From Acidimicrobiaceae bacterium (GTDB lineage: Bacteria; Actinomycetota; Acidimicrobiia; Acidimicrobiales; RAAP-2), in the NCBI GenBank assembly GCA_003133545.1, contig PKYA01000062.1, positions 7,135-71,134 of the forward strand: a stretch of DNA of 64,000 bases. Direction: 5' to 3'. Position numbers and translations under genes: made by a program. This document shows, in pieces, positions 27,314 through 35,995 of this stretch; position 1 is the first letter of the stretch; each line of letters opens with the position of its first letter. The notes under the pieces are model-generated. The model worked only from the letters and a program-made list of their open reading frames with translations. It was not told where the DNA came from and ran no database searches.

Positions 27314-29746
27314 GTGGACGCTCTCAGGCTGATCTTCCGGGCCGAGCTGCGCCGCCGGTGGCGATCGTGGCTGGCGTTGGCGATCCTCATCGCGGTCGTC
27401 GGAGGCGTTGTCATGGCCACCGCCGCCGCCGGCAGGCGGACGGCGACCGCGTTCCCAACCTTCGTGCGGACTCACGGCTACGACTTCGTCGTCTTCAACG
27501 GGGTGCCGTTACCGGAGCTTGCCCGGTATCCCGCCGTCGCTTCCATCACGACGGCACCGGCCGCCTACAACGGCCAGCCCGCGTGCGCCTGCACGCACCC
27601 GATCGACAACAACAACTTCAACGTCATGTATGTACCGCCCAAGGAGATGTCCCGTACCGTCAACCTCGTCGCCGGCAGGATGCCCGACCCGTCGTCGCCC
27701 GACGAGGTGCTGGCCTCCTTCAACCTGCAGCGGGACAACGGCGTCCACGTCGGGACCGTCCTGCGGATGAGGATGTATGCGGCCTCCCAGTCGGAGGCTG
27801 TCAACAACGCCACCGGTGCCGGTCCCCCGCCGACGGGTCCGTTCGTCTCCTTCCACGTCGTCGGCATCGAAGCGGCCGTCTACGAGTTCCAGGCCGGGAC
27901 CACACCGTTGTACGACGTCTACACGACACCGGCCTTCGCCCGTTCCGTGCTGCCGAAGACGACCTCGGGATTCATCTACCTCGTGAAGCTGCGCCACGGG
28001 GCCGCCGACGTTGACGGCTTCAAGACCTACGTCAAGTCGTTGGGCAACGCCTCCTACACTGACTTGAGCACCCCCGAGGTGCTGCTGGCCGACTCCATCC
28101 ATCCGCAGGCGGTCGGCTGGTGGCTGTTGGCCGCGCTGGCCGCGCTGGCCGGGGCGGCCGTCGTCGGGCAGGCGCTGAGCCGGACCCGCCTGGTGGAGAG
28201 CGACGAGTTCCCCATCCTCCAGGTGCTCGGGCTCGAGCGGAGCGGCCTCGTGGGGCTGGGCATGGCATCGACCCTGCTCGTCGGCCTGGTCGGCGCCGCG
28301 GGAGCGTTGGCCGTCGCCTTTGTGCTCTCCCCTCTCGCCCCGGTCGGCGACGCTCGCCTCGCCGAGCCATCGTCGGGCCTGCGTTTCGACGGCCCTGTCC
28401 TTCTGCTGGGAGCGGTCGCCACGGTGGTGGTCGCGCTCGCCCTGGGGGTGTGGCCGTCGCTCCGCGCAGCGCGGGGTCGGCCGGACGACGCCCGTCGTCC
28501 CCGCTCGTCGGCCGTCGTCGGGTTCGTGGGCGCGGCGGGTGCGCCACCGACCATGGTGATCGGTGTGCGCAACGCGCTCGAACGCGGGCGCGGCGCCGCT
28601 TCCGCGCCGGTGGCCACCGCACTCCTGGGCGCGGCGGTCGCCGTGGCCGCGCTATGCGGCACTGCCGTATTCGGGTCGAGCCTGGCGCACCTCGACGCCA
28701 CGCCGGCACTCTTCGGCGATACCTACCAGGTGATCATCTACGGAACGGCGAGCACGTCGAGCACGTCGCTCTCCCAAGCCGACCAGCATCAGGTGATCCG
28801 GGGGCTCGAACGCCACAAGGGAATCGACCGCATTACCGTGGCCACGGGCGCGCCCATCTCCATCGACGGCGTCAGCGTGCAGGCGGCCGCGTATGCCGCT
28901 GTCCGCGGCCCGCCCCTCCTTGTGGCGATCAGTGGTCGGCTCCCTGACGGTCCAGGCGAGATCGCGTTGGGTTCGTCCACCATGCGCCTGATCGGCACCC
29001 ATGCGGGCGCCGTCGTGCTGGTGCGGTTCGCGTCGCCCACCGGCCACGCGCACAGCGTGCCGTTTCGGGTCGTGGGGACGGCGGCGCTCCCGACGGGTGT
29101 CGGTGACGGAGAGGTCGGGCTGGGCACGGGTGCGCTGCTGACGCTCGGTGGATACGAGCAGGCGGCGTGTCCGCACGGCACGGCCAACGAGAAGTGCGTC
29201 GGGTCGATTTTGGGGAGCACCGCCGTGCTTGCCAGTGCCACGCACGGCGGTTCGGGGCACGTGACGATCGAGCACATCATCTCCGCCGATCAGAGCTACG
29301 TCGGGACCCCGTTCACGCCGACGACGCTCGTGAACTTCGGCGAGGCGGTCGACTTCCCACTCATCCTCGGCCTCATCCTGGCCATCTTCGGCGCCGCCAC
29401 CCTCACCCACCTGCTCGTGGTGAGCGTAGGTCGACGCCGCCGGGAGATGGGACTGCTCAAGGCGATCGGGTTCGTGAGCCGTCAGGTGGGAGCGACGGTG
29501 TACTGGCAGGCCACGACGGTCACCCTGGTGGGCCTTGTCGTCGGTGTCCCGGTCGGCGTGGCGCTCGGGCGGGTGGTCTGGAGGGCCTTCGCCCTCAACG
29601 TCGGCGTTGTGCCTGAGCCGGTCGTCAATCCCTGGGTCATCGTGGGCCTGGGCGCGGCCGTCCTGGTGGGAGCCTTCGTGCTGGCCATCGGCCCAGCGTT
29701 GGCGGCGGCACGGGCGCGGCCCGCTCGGCTGCTACGGATGGAGTGA
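27314..29746 (+). CDS. FtsX-like ABC transporter permease (two FtsX modules, large extracytoplasmic loops)
   Basis: N-terminal RRRWRSWLALAILIAVVGGVVMA. Two blocks of 3-4 TM helices. C-terminal RRREMGLLKAIGFVSRQV is typical of MacB/FtsX permeases. No ATPase gene is adjacent. Confidence 0.8.
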   Translation: MDALRLIFRAELRRRWRSWLALAILIAVVGGVVMATAAAGRRTATAFPTFVRTHGYDFVVFNGVPLPELARYPAVASITTAPAAYNGQPACACTHPIDNNNFNVMYVPPKEMSRTVNLVAGRMPDPSSPDEVLASFNLQRDNGVHVGTVLRMRMYAASQSEAVNNATGAGPPPTGPFVSFHVVGIEAAVYEFQAGTTPLYDVYTTPAFARSVLPKTTSGFIYLVKLRHGAADVDGFKTYVKSLGNASYTDLSTPEVLLADSIHPQAVGWWLLAALAALAGAAVVGQALSRTRLVESDEFPILQVLGLERSGLVGLGMASTLLVGLVGAAGALAVAFVLSPLAPVGDARLAEPSSGLRFDGPVLLLGAVATVVVALALGVWPSLRAARGRPDDARRPRSSAVVGFVGAAGAPPTMVIGVRNALERGRGAASAPVATALLGAAVAVAALCGTAVFGSSLAHLDATPALFGDTYQVIIYGTASTSSTSLSQADQHQVIRGLERHKGIDRITVATGAPISIDGVSVQAAAYAAVRGPPLLVAISGRLPDGPGEIALGSSTMRLIGTHAGAVVLVRFASPTGHAHSVPFRVVGTAALPTGVGDGEVGLGTGALLTLGGYEQAACPHGTANEKCVGSILGSTAVLASATHGGSGHVTIEHIISADQSYVGTPFTPTTLVNFGEAVDFPLILGLILAIFGAATLTHLLVVSVGRRRREMGLLKAIGFVSRQVGATVYWQATTVTLVGLVVGVPVGVALGRVVWRAFALNVGVVPEPVVNPWVIVGLGAAVLVGAFVLAIGPALAAARARPARLLRME

Positions 29747-30099
29747 CGCAGGCACCACCGGTTCAGCGGCGCACCCACTCCGCCCTCTCCGTCGCGCCCA
29801 AGCGATTCTCGAACGGTCCGAGACAGAATGACTCCAAGTACGGAACGCGTCCTATAGAGCGCCGAACCCGACAATACGAGTATCGCAGAAGTGCCTGCTT
29901 GGAGTTCGGAGTCGGTCCGGGGCAATGCGACATGCCCTATTGCATGGGCGCGGGTCGCGGCATCACCGCGATGAACCGGACCCGGCATTCTGCTCCCTTT
30001 TACCTCAATGGCATCCATTGGTTTTGGGTCGAAGGTTGAGGTTGATCGGGGCTGCAGAATCGTCGTGTTAGGCGAACTTGGACGTCAGGCCACTCGGAC

Positions 30100-30777
30100 C
30101 TACTCCGCCCAAAGGGTTGCGACCGTTCGCGCGTAGCGCGGCTCCCATACGTAGCGGGAGAGAAGCCGGATTGGGGGCGGTGGCATGCTGAGCACGGCGT
30201 TGCGCTCGACGGCATCGGCCCCGTCAAAGATCCACGGGAAGAATCGTGCCGAGCCGCGCATCCCGATCGCTTTGGCCGTCGCCTTGCCGAAGGACTCGAA
30301 CTCGTCAACGCTCAACGATTTGTCGATGACAGGGAAACAGCGGGCTTCTTCATCGTCGAGATGTGACCCCAAGAGGATCGCGAGGGCATCAAGACCATCC
30401 GCCAGCTCCGCGCCGTTATCCCCTGTCGGGTTCTGCGCGAAGGAGGCAAACCCCATGCCGATTTCCCCGCACTTGGGCAAGAGCGCTTCGTGCTGGGCCT
30501 CCATCTCGGCCAGCACGGCCACCTCGTCGCCGCTTCCCGAGAGCTTGGGCCGTACGAGCGGCCAAAGGGAGTCATCTTCGACTTGGTGATGGTGGTGGAG
30601 CTGTTCGTTGATGAAGTCCCAGTGCGCGCCGAGCTGGCTTGCCCTGCGTTGGCTGACTCCGGGTGCCCGCACGGCCGAACTCAACCGCCCGATATCACGG
30701 CGGAACGCCTCGTGGATCAGGTAGACGATCGTGAAGCGACCCCTGGGGGGACTTCCGGTTTGTTCATCGCTCGCCAT
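30100..30777 (-). CDS. hemerythrin (HHE cation-binding) domain protein
   Basis: IVYLIHEAFRRDIGRL, HWDFINEQLHHHHQVEDDSLWP, EMEAQHEAL. These are the His/Glu ligand helices of hemerythrin-like domains. Confidence 0.75.
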   Translation of the reverse strand: MASDEQTGSPPRGRFTIVYLIHEAFRRDIGRLSSAVRAPGVSQRRASQLGAHWDFINEQLHHHHQVEDDSLWPLVRPKLSGSGDEVAVLAEMEAQHEALLPKCGEIGMGFASFAQNPTGDNGAELADGLDALAILLGSHLDDEEARCFPVIDKSLSVDEFESFGKATAKAIGMRGSARFFPWIFDGADAVERNAVLSMPPPPIRLLSRYVWEPRYARTVATLWAE

Positions 30778-31112
30778 GGGCTCCGCCTCCCTTCTGCCGG
30801 ACAGATTAGGACGATTCGGCGCGAAATGCTTTAGCGACGTACCGACCTTGTCATTCTCCAGGCGCCCGATATGAGGAATCGGCCAGCGGCCACTGGTGGC
30901 GCCATTGAACGGGAGTCGCCGTGGGTCGAATGGCCTTAAGGAGCCCGTCGATGCACCAGAGGTGCACCTTTCGCGGGAGAATTCCCCACACCGCCACTGA
31001 TCCTCCCTGGGGAGGATTAGTGCTCACCGGAAAGGGCGGGCACCCCTGAAGGCTCGTGGGGCTTCTCCTGGTAGAGGGCTTTATTCCGGCCTATGGCCTT
31101 CCGCACTCCTCG

Positions 31113-31739
31113 CTAACGCCTGGTAACCAAAGCGGCCTTTCCTTCGCCCGAGAGATCGTCGAGTCCAACCAAGCGCCCAGCCATCACCATGACCAGCGCC
31201 TCCGCTGGACCCGTCACCTCGGGTCCGGCCCCGTGAGACCAGTCCATATCGGTGGCCGTGAGCTTCAACCCGGCGATGCGCTTCTTGGCACCGAATATAT
31301 GAACGTCGTCCTTGACGAAGTCCGCCACCGGAACGAGATGAGCCTCAGGCAGATCGCGTTTGATGCCGAGAGGGCGACAGATGTCCTGACCATGGATCAG
31401 GACATGCATCAGGCTTCTGACCGGCCGAGCTCCAGTTGGGGCTTTGCGGTTGACAGCGGCGTTCCGAAGGGCGTTTAGAACGACCCCTGGGTCCTGCTGA
31501 CCGCGTACTTGTCCATCAGCTGCCACCCATCGGTTGTAGTTGAAGCCGTGGCGAAGCATTCCAGCGAAGATCGCGCCAACTCCGAAGGCACCCTCCGCGC
31601 CTGCGGTCACGTGAGCGAGCACATCCCTGATGCGCCACTGGGCACACAGTGAAGGGGAGTTCCACTGCTCGTCATTTAGCTCGGCGAGTCGCTCAGCGAG
31701 ATCTAGCATCTCGTCACGAGCTGGGTCGCATATCTCCAC
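31113..31739 (-). CDS. maleylpyruvate isomerase N-terminal (DinB-like, mycothiol-dependent enzyme family) protein
   Basis: LAERLAELNDEQWNSPSLCAQWRIRDVLAHVTAGAEG, the TIGR03083-like signature. Start uncertain (GTG 31739 or ATG 31709). The extension to 31856 looks non-coding. Confidence 0.7.
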   Translation of the reverse strand: MEICDPARDEMLDLAERLAELNDEQWNSPSLCAQWRIRDVLAHVTAGAEGAFGVGAIFAGMLRHGFNYNRWVAADGQVRGQQDPGVVLNALRNAAVNRKAPTGARPVRSLMHVLIHGQDICRPLGIKRDLPEAHLVPVADFVKDDVHIFGAKKRIAGLKLTATDMDWSHGAGPEVTGPAEALVMVMAGRLVGLDDLSGEGKAALVTRR

Positions 31740-32138
31740 GTCAACCCTCCCGTAATCGACCGAAGAGTAGACCCACCCGTGGTGGCATGGCGAAACGAGG
31801 AAACCGTTCCGCGGTCCGCAGCTCGGCGCCTCACAGCACAGCTGCCGGATTTGCAAAGTCCAAGTCGTAAAGGGACATGCCGGTTACCTTGATTACGGCA
31901 GGCCCATTGTGGTCGCAACGCGCTGAGTCACAATCGCTGGTTGGTTCGGGTCTGATCCAGTCGAGCGATCATGTTTCACGGGCTCGGGAAGCAGCACGGG
32001 CGGAAGTCCGTACGAACTGGCGATTTTCCTCGGACCTGCCGCCATCTTGGGTGGTTTCTGTTTCTGTTGGATACGCCGGCCCGTGTCCTAACCCATTCGA
32101 GTTCCAGTCCATCAGAAGGTGAATCGGGTTGGGCGGAG

Positions 32139-32597
32139 TCAGCCTTCGGAACGTTGCGCGACGTGCTGGAGCTCGATCCACAGCGGGATCAAGAACTCGA
32201 TGTAGACGTTGGTGAGCGTGTATTCGGAGTCGTTGTGGTGGGTGACCATTGTGCCGACGTCACTGATGTGGACCCGATCGTCCTTGCGCTGGTACACCCT
32301 GACCCGTTCCAGTATCTCCATCAGCTCCTCTTTGGAAGACACCTCCATCCCGAAGTGGTCCATCTTCGGAGTGACCATGAATTGGTCCTTTGCCGGCAGC
32401 AGGTAGAGGAACTGGCGCAATTCCCCGGTGTAGAGGATCAGGGGATTGCCCTTTTCCGTGCTGTTGTCTCCCTCGGTCCATCCGAAGACCTCGGAGTAGA
32501 AGTCGAGGAGCGCCACCCGACCCTCGTCATTGAGGACGTCGGCATCCACACTGATAGCCACGTGGTTGATCCGTGGGGCAAACGATGTCCCGCTCAT
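32139..32597 (-). CDS. VOC (glyoxalase/bleomycin-resistance/dioxygenase) family protein
   Basis: INHVAISVDA...FYSEVFGW, HFGMEVSSKEEL. The start overlaps the ADH stop (ATGA). Confidence 0.75.
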   Translation of the reverse strand: MSGTSFAPRINHVAISVDADVLNDEGRVALLDFYSEVFGWTEGDNSTEKGNPLILYTGELRQFLYLLPAKDQFMVTPKMDHFGMEVSSKEELMEILERVRVYQRKDDRVHISDVGTMVTHHNDSEYTLTNVYIEFLIPLWIELQHVAQRSEG

Positions 32598-33628
32598 GAC
32601 GACATCGATGGTCGGACCATTACCTTGCTCGGGATTTCGCCGCGGGAGAGCCGTTCCATCGAATCCATCACCTCACTGAGCGGAATGTCGTTGGGTTCGA
32701 TCAAGGACTCGAGCCGCAACGTTCCGCTGTTGAGCAGATCTACCGCCGGTTGGAAGCCGTCTTCATTGTAATTGTAGGCCCCGACGATCTCGAGCTCGAA
32801 GATGATCAAGCGGTTCTGGTTGAATCGGGGCGGTTCGAACCCGGTACCGACGATCACCAGGGTCCCCGCATAGTCGAGCTGGCCGAGCGCTGCTTCGGCG
32901 GCGCTTGCGTGTCCTGAGCATTCGAATATCACGGGGTAGGGCTCCGCCACCGGTTCGCCTATGGGTGGCTCCACCAGCGTGTCGGGTGTCACCACCCGGG
33001 TGGCTCCGACGTCGAGCGCCCGCTGGCGGCGGACAGGTGAAGGCTCACTCGCAGTGATGTCGGTGATCCCTTGCGCGCGGAGGACGGCGATGATGAGGAG
33101 CCCTACCGGACCGGCCCCGGTGACGAGCACTCGATCATCGGGCCGCACGCCGCCCATCTGCACCGCGTGCAGGGCTATCGCCGTCGGTTCGGTCAGAGCT
33201 GCCGCTCTGGTCGGGAGAGAATCGGGTATCCGGATCAGGCCGTCGGCACCGACCGTCTTGTAGCGGCAGAACGCTCCCATGTATCCGCGGAAGTCCGCTG
33301 GAGGGCGCTTGAGGCACACCGAAGGGCGGCCCCGTTGGCACGGCCGGCATACGCCGCACCCCGGGGTCGGATTCCCCACCACGCGATCACCGGGAGACCA
33401 GCCAGAGCCACTCGGCGCAGAGGCCACAATGCCGGACCATTCGTGCCCGAGAATGGCACCCGGCTGGGCGTATCGCTCGAGGACCATGTGCAGATCGGAT
33501 CCGCAAATCCCGCACTCGGCAATTTCAACGAGCACATCTCCGGGTCCCGGCTTGGGACAAGGGACCTCCTCTACGGCGATCCTGCCCTCGCCTACGTAGA
33601 CGGCTGCTGGCATCAATTCAGAAGGCAC
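32594..33628 (-). CDS. zinc-dependent alcohol dehydrogenase (MDR family, threonine/sorbitol DH-like)
   Basis: CGICGSDLH, GHEWSG, structural-zinc Cys cluster GCGVCRPCQRGRPSVC, and Rossmann VLVTGAGPVGLL. Confidence 0.9.
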   Translation of the reverse strand: MPSELMPAAVYVGEGRIAVEEVPCPKPGPGDVLVEIAECGICGSDLHMVLERYAQPGAILGHEWSGIVASAPSGSGWSPGDRVVGNPTPGCGVCRPCQRGRPSVCLKRPPADFRGYMGAFCRYKTVGADGLIRIPDSLPTRAAALTEPTAIALHAVQMGGVRPDDRVLVTGAGPVGLLIIAVLRAQGITDITASEPSPVRRQRALDVGATRVVTPDTLVEPPIGEPVAEPYPVIFECSGHASAAEAALGQLDYAGTLVIVGTGFEPPRFNQNRLIIFELEIVGAYNYNEDGFQPAVDLLNSGTLRLESLIEPNDIPLSEVMDSMERLSRGEIPSKVMVRPSMSS

Positions 33629-33733
33629 GCTTCCAATGGTAAGGGCGAATTGCGCCGAAGTCGATTGCGCCAGCCCTTATGAGCACTCTCCGTCTGGTGG
33701 TCGGTACCGCCGAGCCCTAGTCCATAGCGTGGA

Positions 33734-34444
33734 TTGGCGTGTGATGAGGTGGCAAGATCAGTTGCCCGGAAGGGGGCGAAGTTGTCGGAACATTCAGAAA
33801 CCCTCGCGAACGATCCGTTCAGTGGTCGACACCCGACCAGTCACGAACGGCTGACGGGATTGCCCTGGGATGCGTCGTACCACAGCGGCCCTGCACCTTG
33901 GGATATTGGCCGGCCGCAGCCCGCAATAGTGCGTTTGGCAGCCGGAGGCGGATTCGCCGGAGCGGTGCTCGACGCCGGCTGTGGGACGGGAGAGAACGCG
34001 CTGCTCGTGGCCTCGCTGGGATTTTCGGTGCTGGGTGTGGACGTGGCTGAGACCGCACTGGCCATGGCCCGAGCGAAGGCCGACGACCGTGGGATCGAGG
34101 TTGAATTCGTTGCGGCTGACGCATTCCAGTTGGAGCGTCTGGGACGCACGTTCGAGACGGTGCTGGACTGCGGACTTTTCCACACCTTCGACGACGACGA
34201 ACGGTCACTGTACGTGGCGGGTCTCGCGTCGGTGACCGAAATCGATGGAACCCTGTATGTAGTGTGCTTCAGTGACGACGGTCCCGATACAGGCCCGCAC
34301 CCCATCAGTAGGGAAGAGTTGAAAGCGGCGTTCAACCCCACGAACGGATGGAATGTCGACGCCATCGAGCCGGACCGGGTTCAGACGAGATACCACGACG
34401 ACGACGGCGCGCCGGCCTGGTTCGCGAGAATCAAACGTATCTGA
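33734..34444 (+). CDS. class I SAM-dependent methyltransferase
   Basis: PAPWDIGRPQPAIV, motif I VLDAGCGTGENALLVA, VLGVDVAETAL, LDCGLFHTF. Start position uncertain. Confidence 0.8.
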   Translation: MACDEVARSVARKGAKLSEHSETLANDPFSGRHPTSHERLTGLPWDASYHSGPAPWDIGRPQPAIVRLAAGGGFAGAVLDAGCGTGENALLVASLGFSVLGVDVAETALAMARAKADDRGIEVEFVAADAFQLERLGRTFETVLDCGLFHTFDDDERSLYVAGLASVTEIDGTLYVVCFSDDGPDTGPHPISREELKAAFNPTNGWNVDAIEPDRVQTRYHDDDGAPAWFARIKRI

Positions 34445-34720
34445 TCACGGCCAGGATCTGAGCGTCGCTCCAGTCTGGTGTGGCCTCCCCCCGAGTTTTG
34501 CGACTGGTCGCCCGGCGGGTTAAGTTGACCGTACTGAGCATTGCAAAATGGATAATCGCGGTCTTAGTCGGGTGGGCTGAGCAGCGGGATTTTCTTGGAT
34601 ATTCTCGCAGCGGTGCTGTCGGTGCGGGACAACCGGAAGCAGGGGGACTGGTGGGTGTTCAGCAAGCACTGAAACAACACGATCTGAATCGACCGGTGGG
34701 CAATCGGGCCCGCTCGACCG

Positions 34721-35239
34721 ATGGTTGAACGGACCTATCACTGGAGACGCTTCCTCATTGTGGCCGCCGTCTTTCTTCTCGGCGTAATCGTTGGGGGTGG
34801 CGAGTCGAGCGGGTCAACACTCCGTGCCTCGAAGTCATCGCACCAACCCACCGCACGGGTCAATGCCGTCTATATGGCTCAGGAGAATTCGAGGGTGCTG
34901 GTAAACGGGTCGGGGTATGCGTTGTACATGTTCGTTCCCGACCATCAACACCGCGTCACTTGCAACATAACCTGCGTGGAAAGTTGGCCGCCTTTCACGG
35001 TCGCCCCGGGAACTCACCCTCGGGCGGGATCCGGCGTCAAGAAGAGCCTGATCGGGACCGTCTCCTTCACCCCGGGCTATCGAGTCGTCTCCTACAACCG
35101 ATGGCCGCTCTACACCTACCAGGATGATTACCAGCCGGGCATGGTTACCGGGCAGGGCACCAACCTCAACGGCGGTTACTGGTACCTAATGAAACCCGAC
35201 GGTATGCCTCTCGTACCCGCCGGCGACCCCAGCCCATAA
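34721..35239 (+). CDS. secreted protein of the COG4315 family (Yx[FWY]xxD motif repeats)
   Basis: N-terminal TM/signal FLIVAAVFLLGVIVGG. Two signature motifs, GYALYMFVPD and RWPLYTYQDD. Confidence 0.7.
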   Translation: MVERTYHWRRFLIVAAVFLLGVIVGGGESSGSTLRASKSSHQPTARVNAVYMAQENSRVLVNGSGYALYMFVPDHQHRVTCNITCVESWPPFTVAPGTHPRAGSGVKKSLIGTVSFTPGYRVVSYNRWPLYTYQDDYQPGMVTGQGTNLNGGYWYLMKPDGMPLVPAGDPSP

Positions 35240-35995
35240 GTGACCCATCCTCCTCGCACGAGCAACCCGGAAGTGGAGGCTCGGAATTCTTCGCGATCAA
35301 TGTCGCGGAGAGGGCTGTTCGCTGCGGGTGGAGTGAGTCTGGCCATTAGTGCCCTCAGCGCTGCAACGGTCACTCCGGCGGCCGAGGCATCTTCGACATC
35401 AGCACCGCCGGACCCGCCGGATGTCGATCTCATGCAAGAGCATGGTGTTCTCAAGCGGGTACTGCTGATCTATCAAGAGTGCATACGGCGTCAGAGCATC
35501 GGACAGGAGCTTCCGGTCTCGGCCGTCCATGACGGCGCGGAAATCATCCACGACTTCATCGAGGGTTTCCATGAAGCACTGGAAGAGGGCTTCGTCTTTC
35601 CCAAATTGCGGTCCGCCGGGAAGCTGGTGGGCACGGTCGACACTCTGCTTCTGCAACACGCCCGAGGTCGCCAGCTCACGCAGCTCATCCTTGCTGAGTC
35701 AGCCGCCCAGACAGCAACCGTCAATGATTCGGCTCAGATCGTCGGCGCCATGACGGCGTTCGTTCGCATGTATCAGCCGCACGAGGCACGGGAAGACACA
35801 GTCGTCTTCCCTACGTTCCGGTCGATCCTGACATCCGAGCAGCTCAGTCATTTGGGGACCAACTTCGCAGATCTCCAACGTGAGCAGTTCGGCCCCAATG
35901 CGTTAAACCAGACCGTCGCCAAGGTGGCCGCCATTGAAGAAACCCTCGGGATTTACGATCTCAGTCAATTCACCCCAGAGCCCATAACCCAATGA
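35240..35995 (+). CDS. hemerythrin-like domain protein with twin-arginine (Tat) signal peptide
   Basis: MSRRGLFAAGGVSLAISALSAATVTPAAEA (SRRxLF Tat motif; alternative ATG at 35300). LMQEHGVLKRVL, FHEALEEGFVFP, LLQHARG, YQPHEAREDTVVFP His/Glu helices. Confidence 0.7.
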   Translation: MTHPPRTSNPEVEARNSSRSMSRRGLFAAGGVSLAISALSAATVTPAAEASSTSAPPDPPDVDLMQEHGVLKRVLLIYQECIRRQSIGQELPVSAVHDGAEIIHDFIEGFHEALEEGFVFPKLRSAGKLVGTVDTLLLQHARGRQLTQLILAESAAQTATVNDSAQIVGAMTAFVRMYQPHEAREDTVVFPTFRSILTSEQLSHLGTNFADLQREQFGPNALNQTVAKVAAIEETLGIYDLSQFTPEPITQ

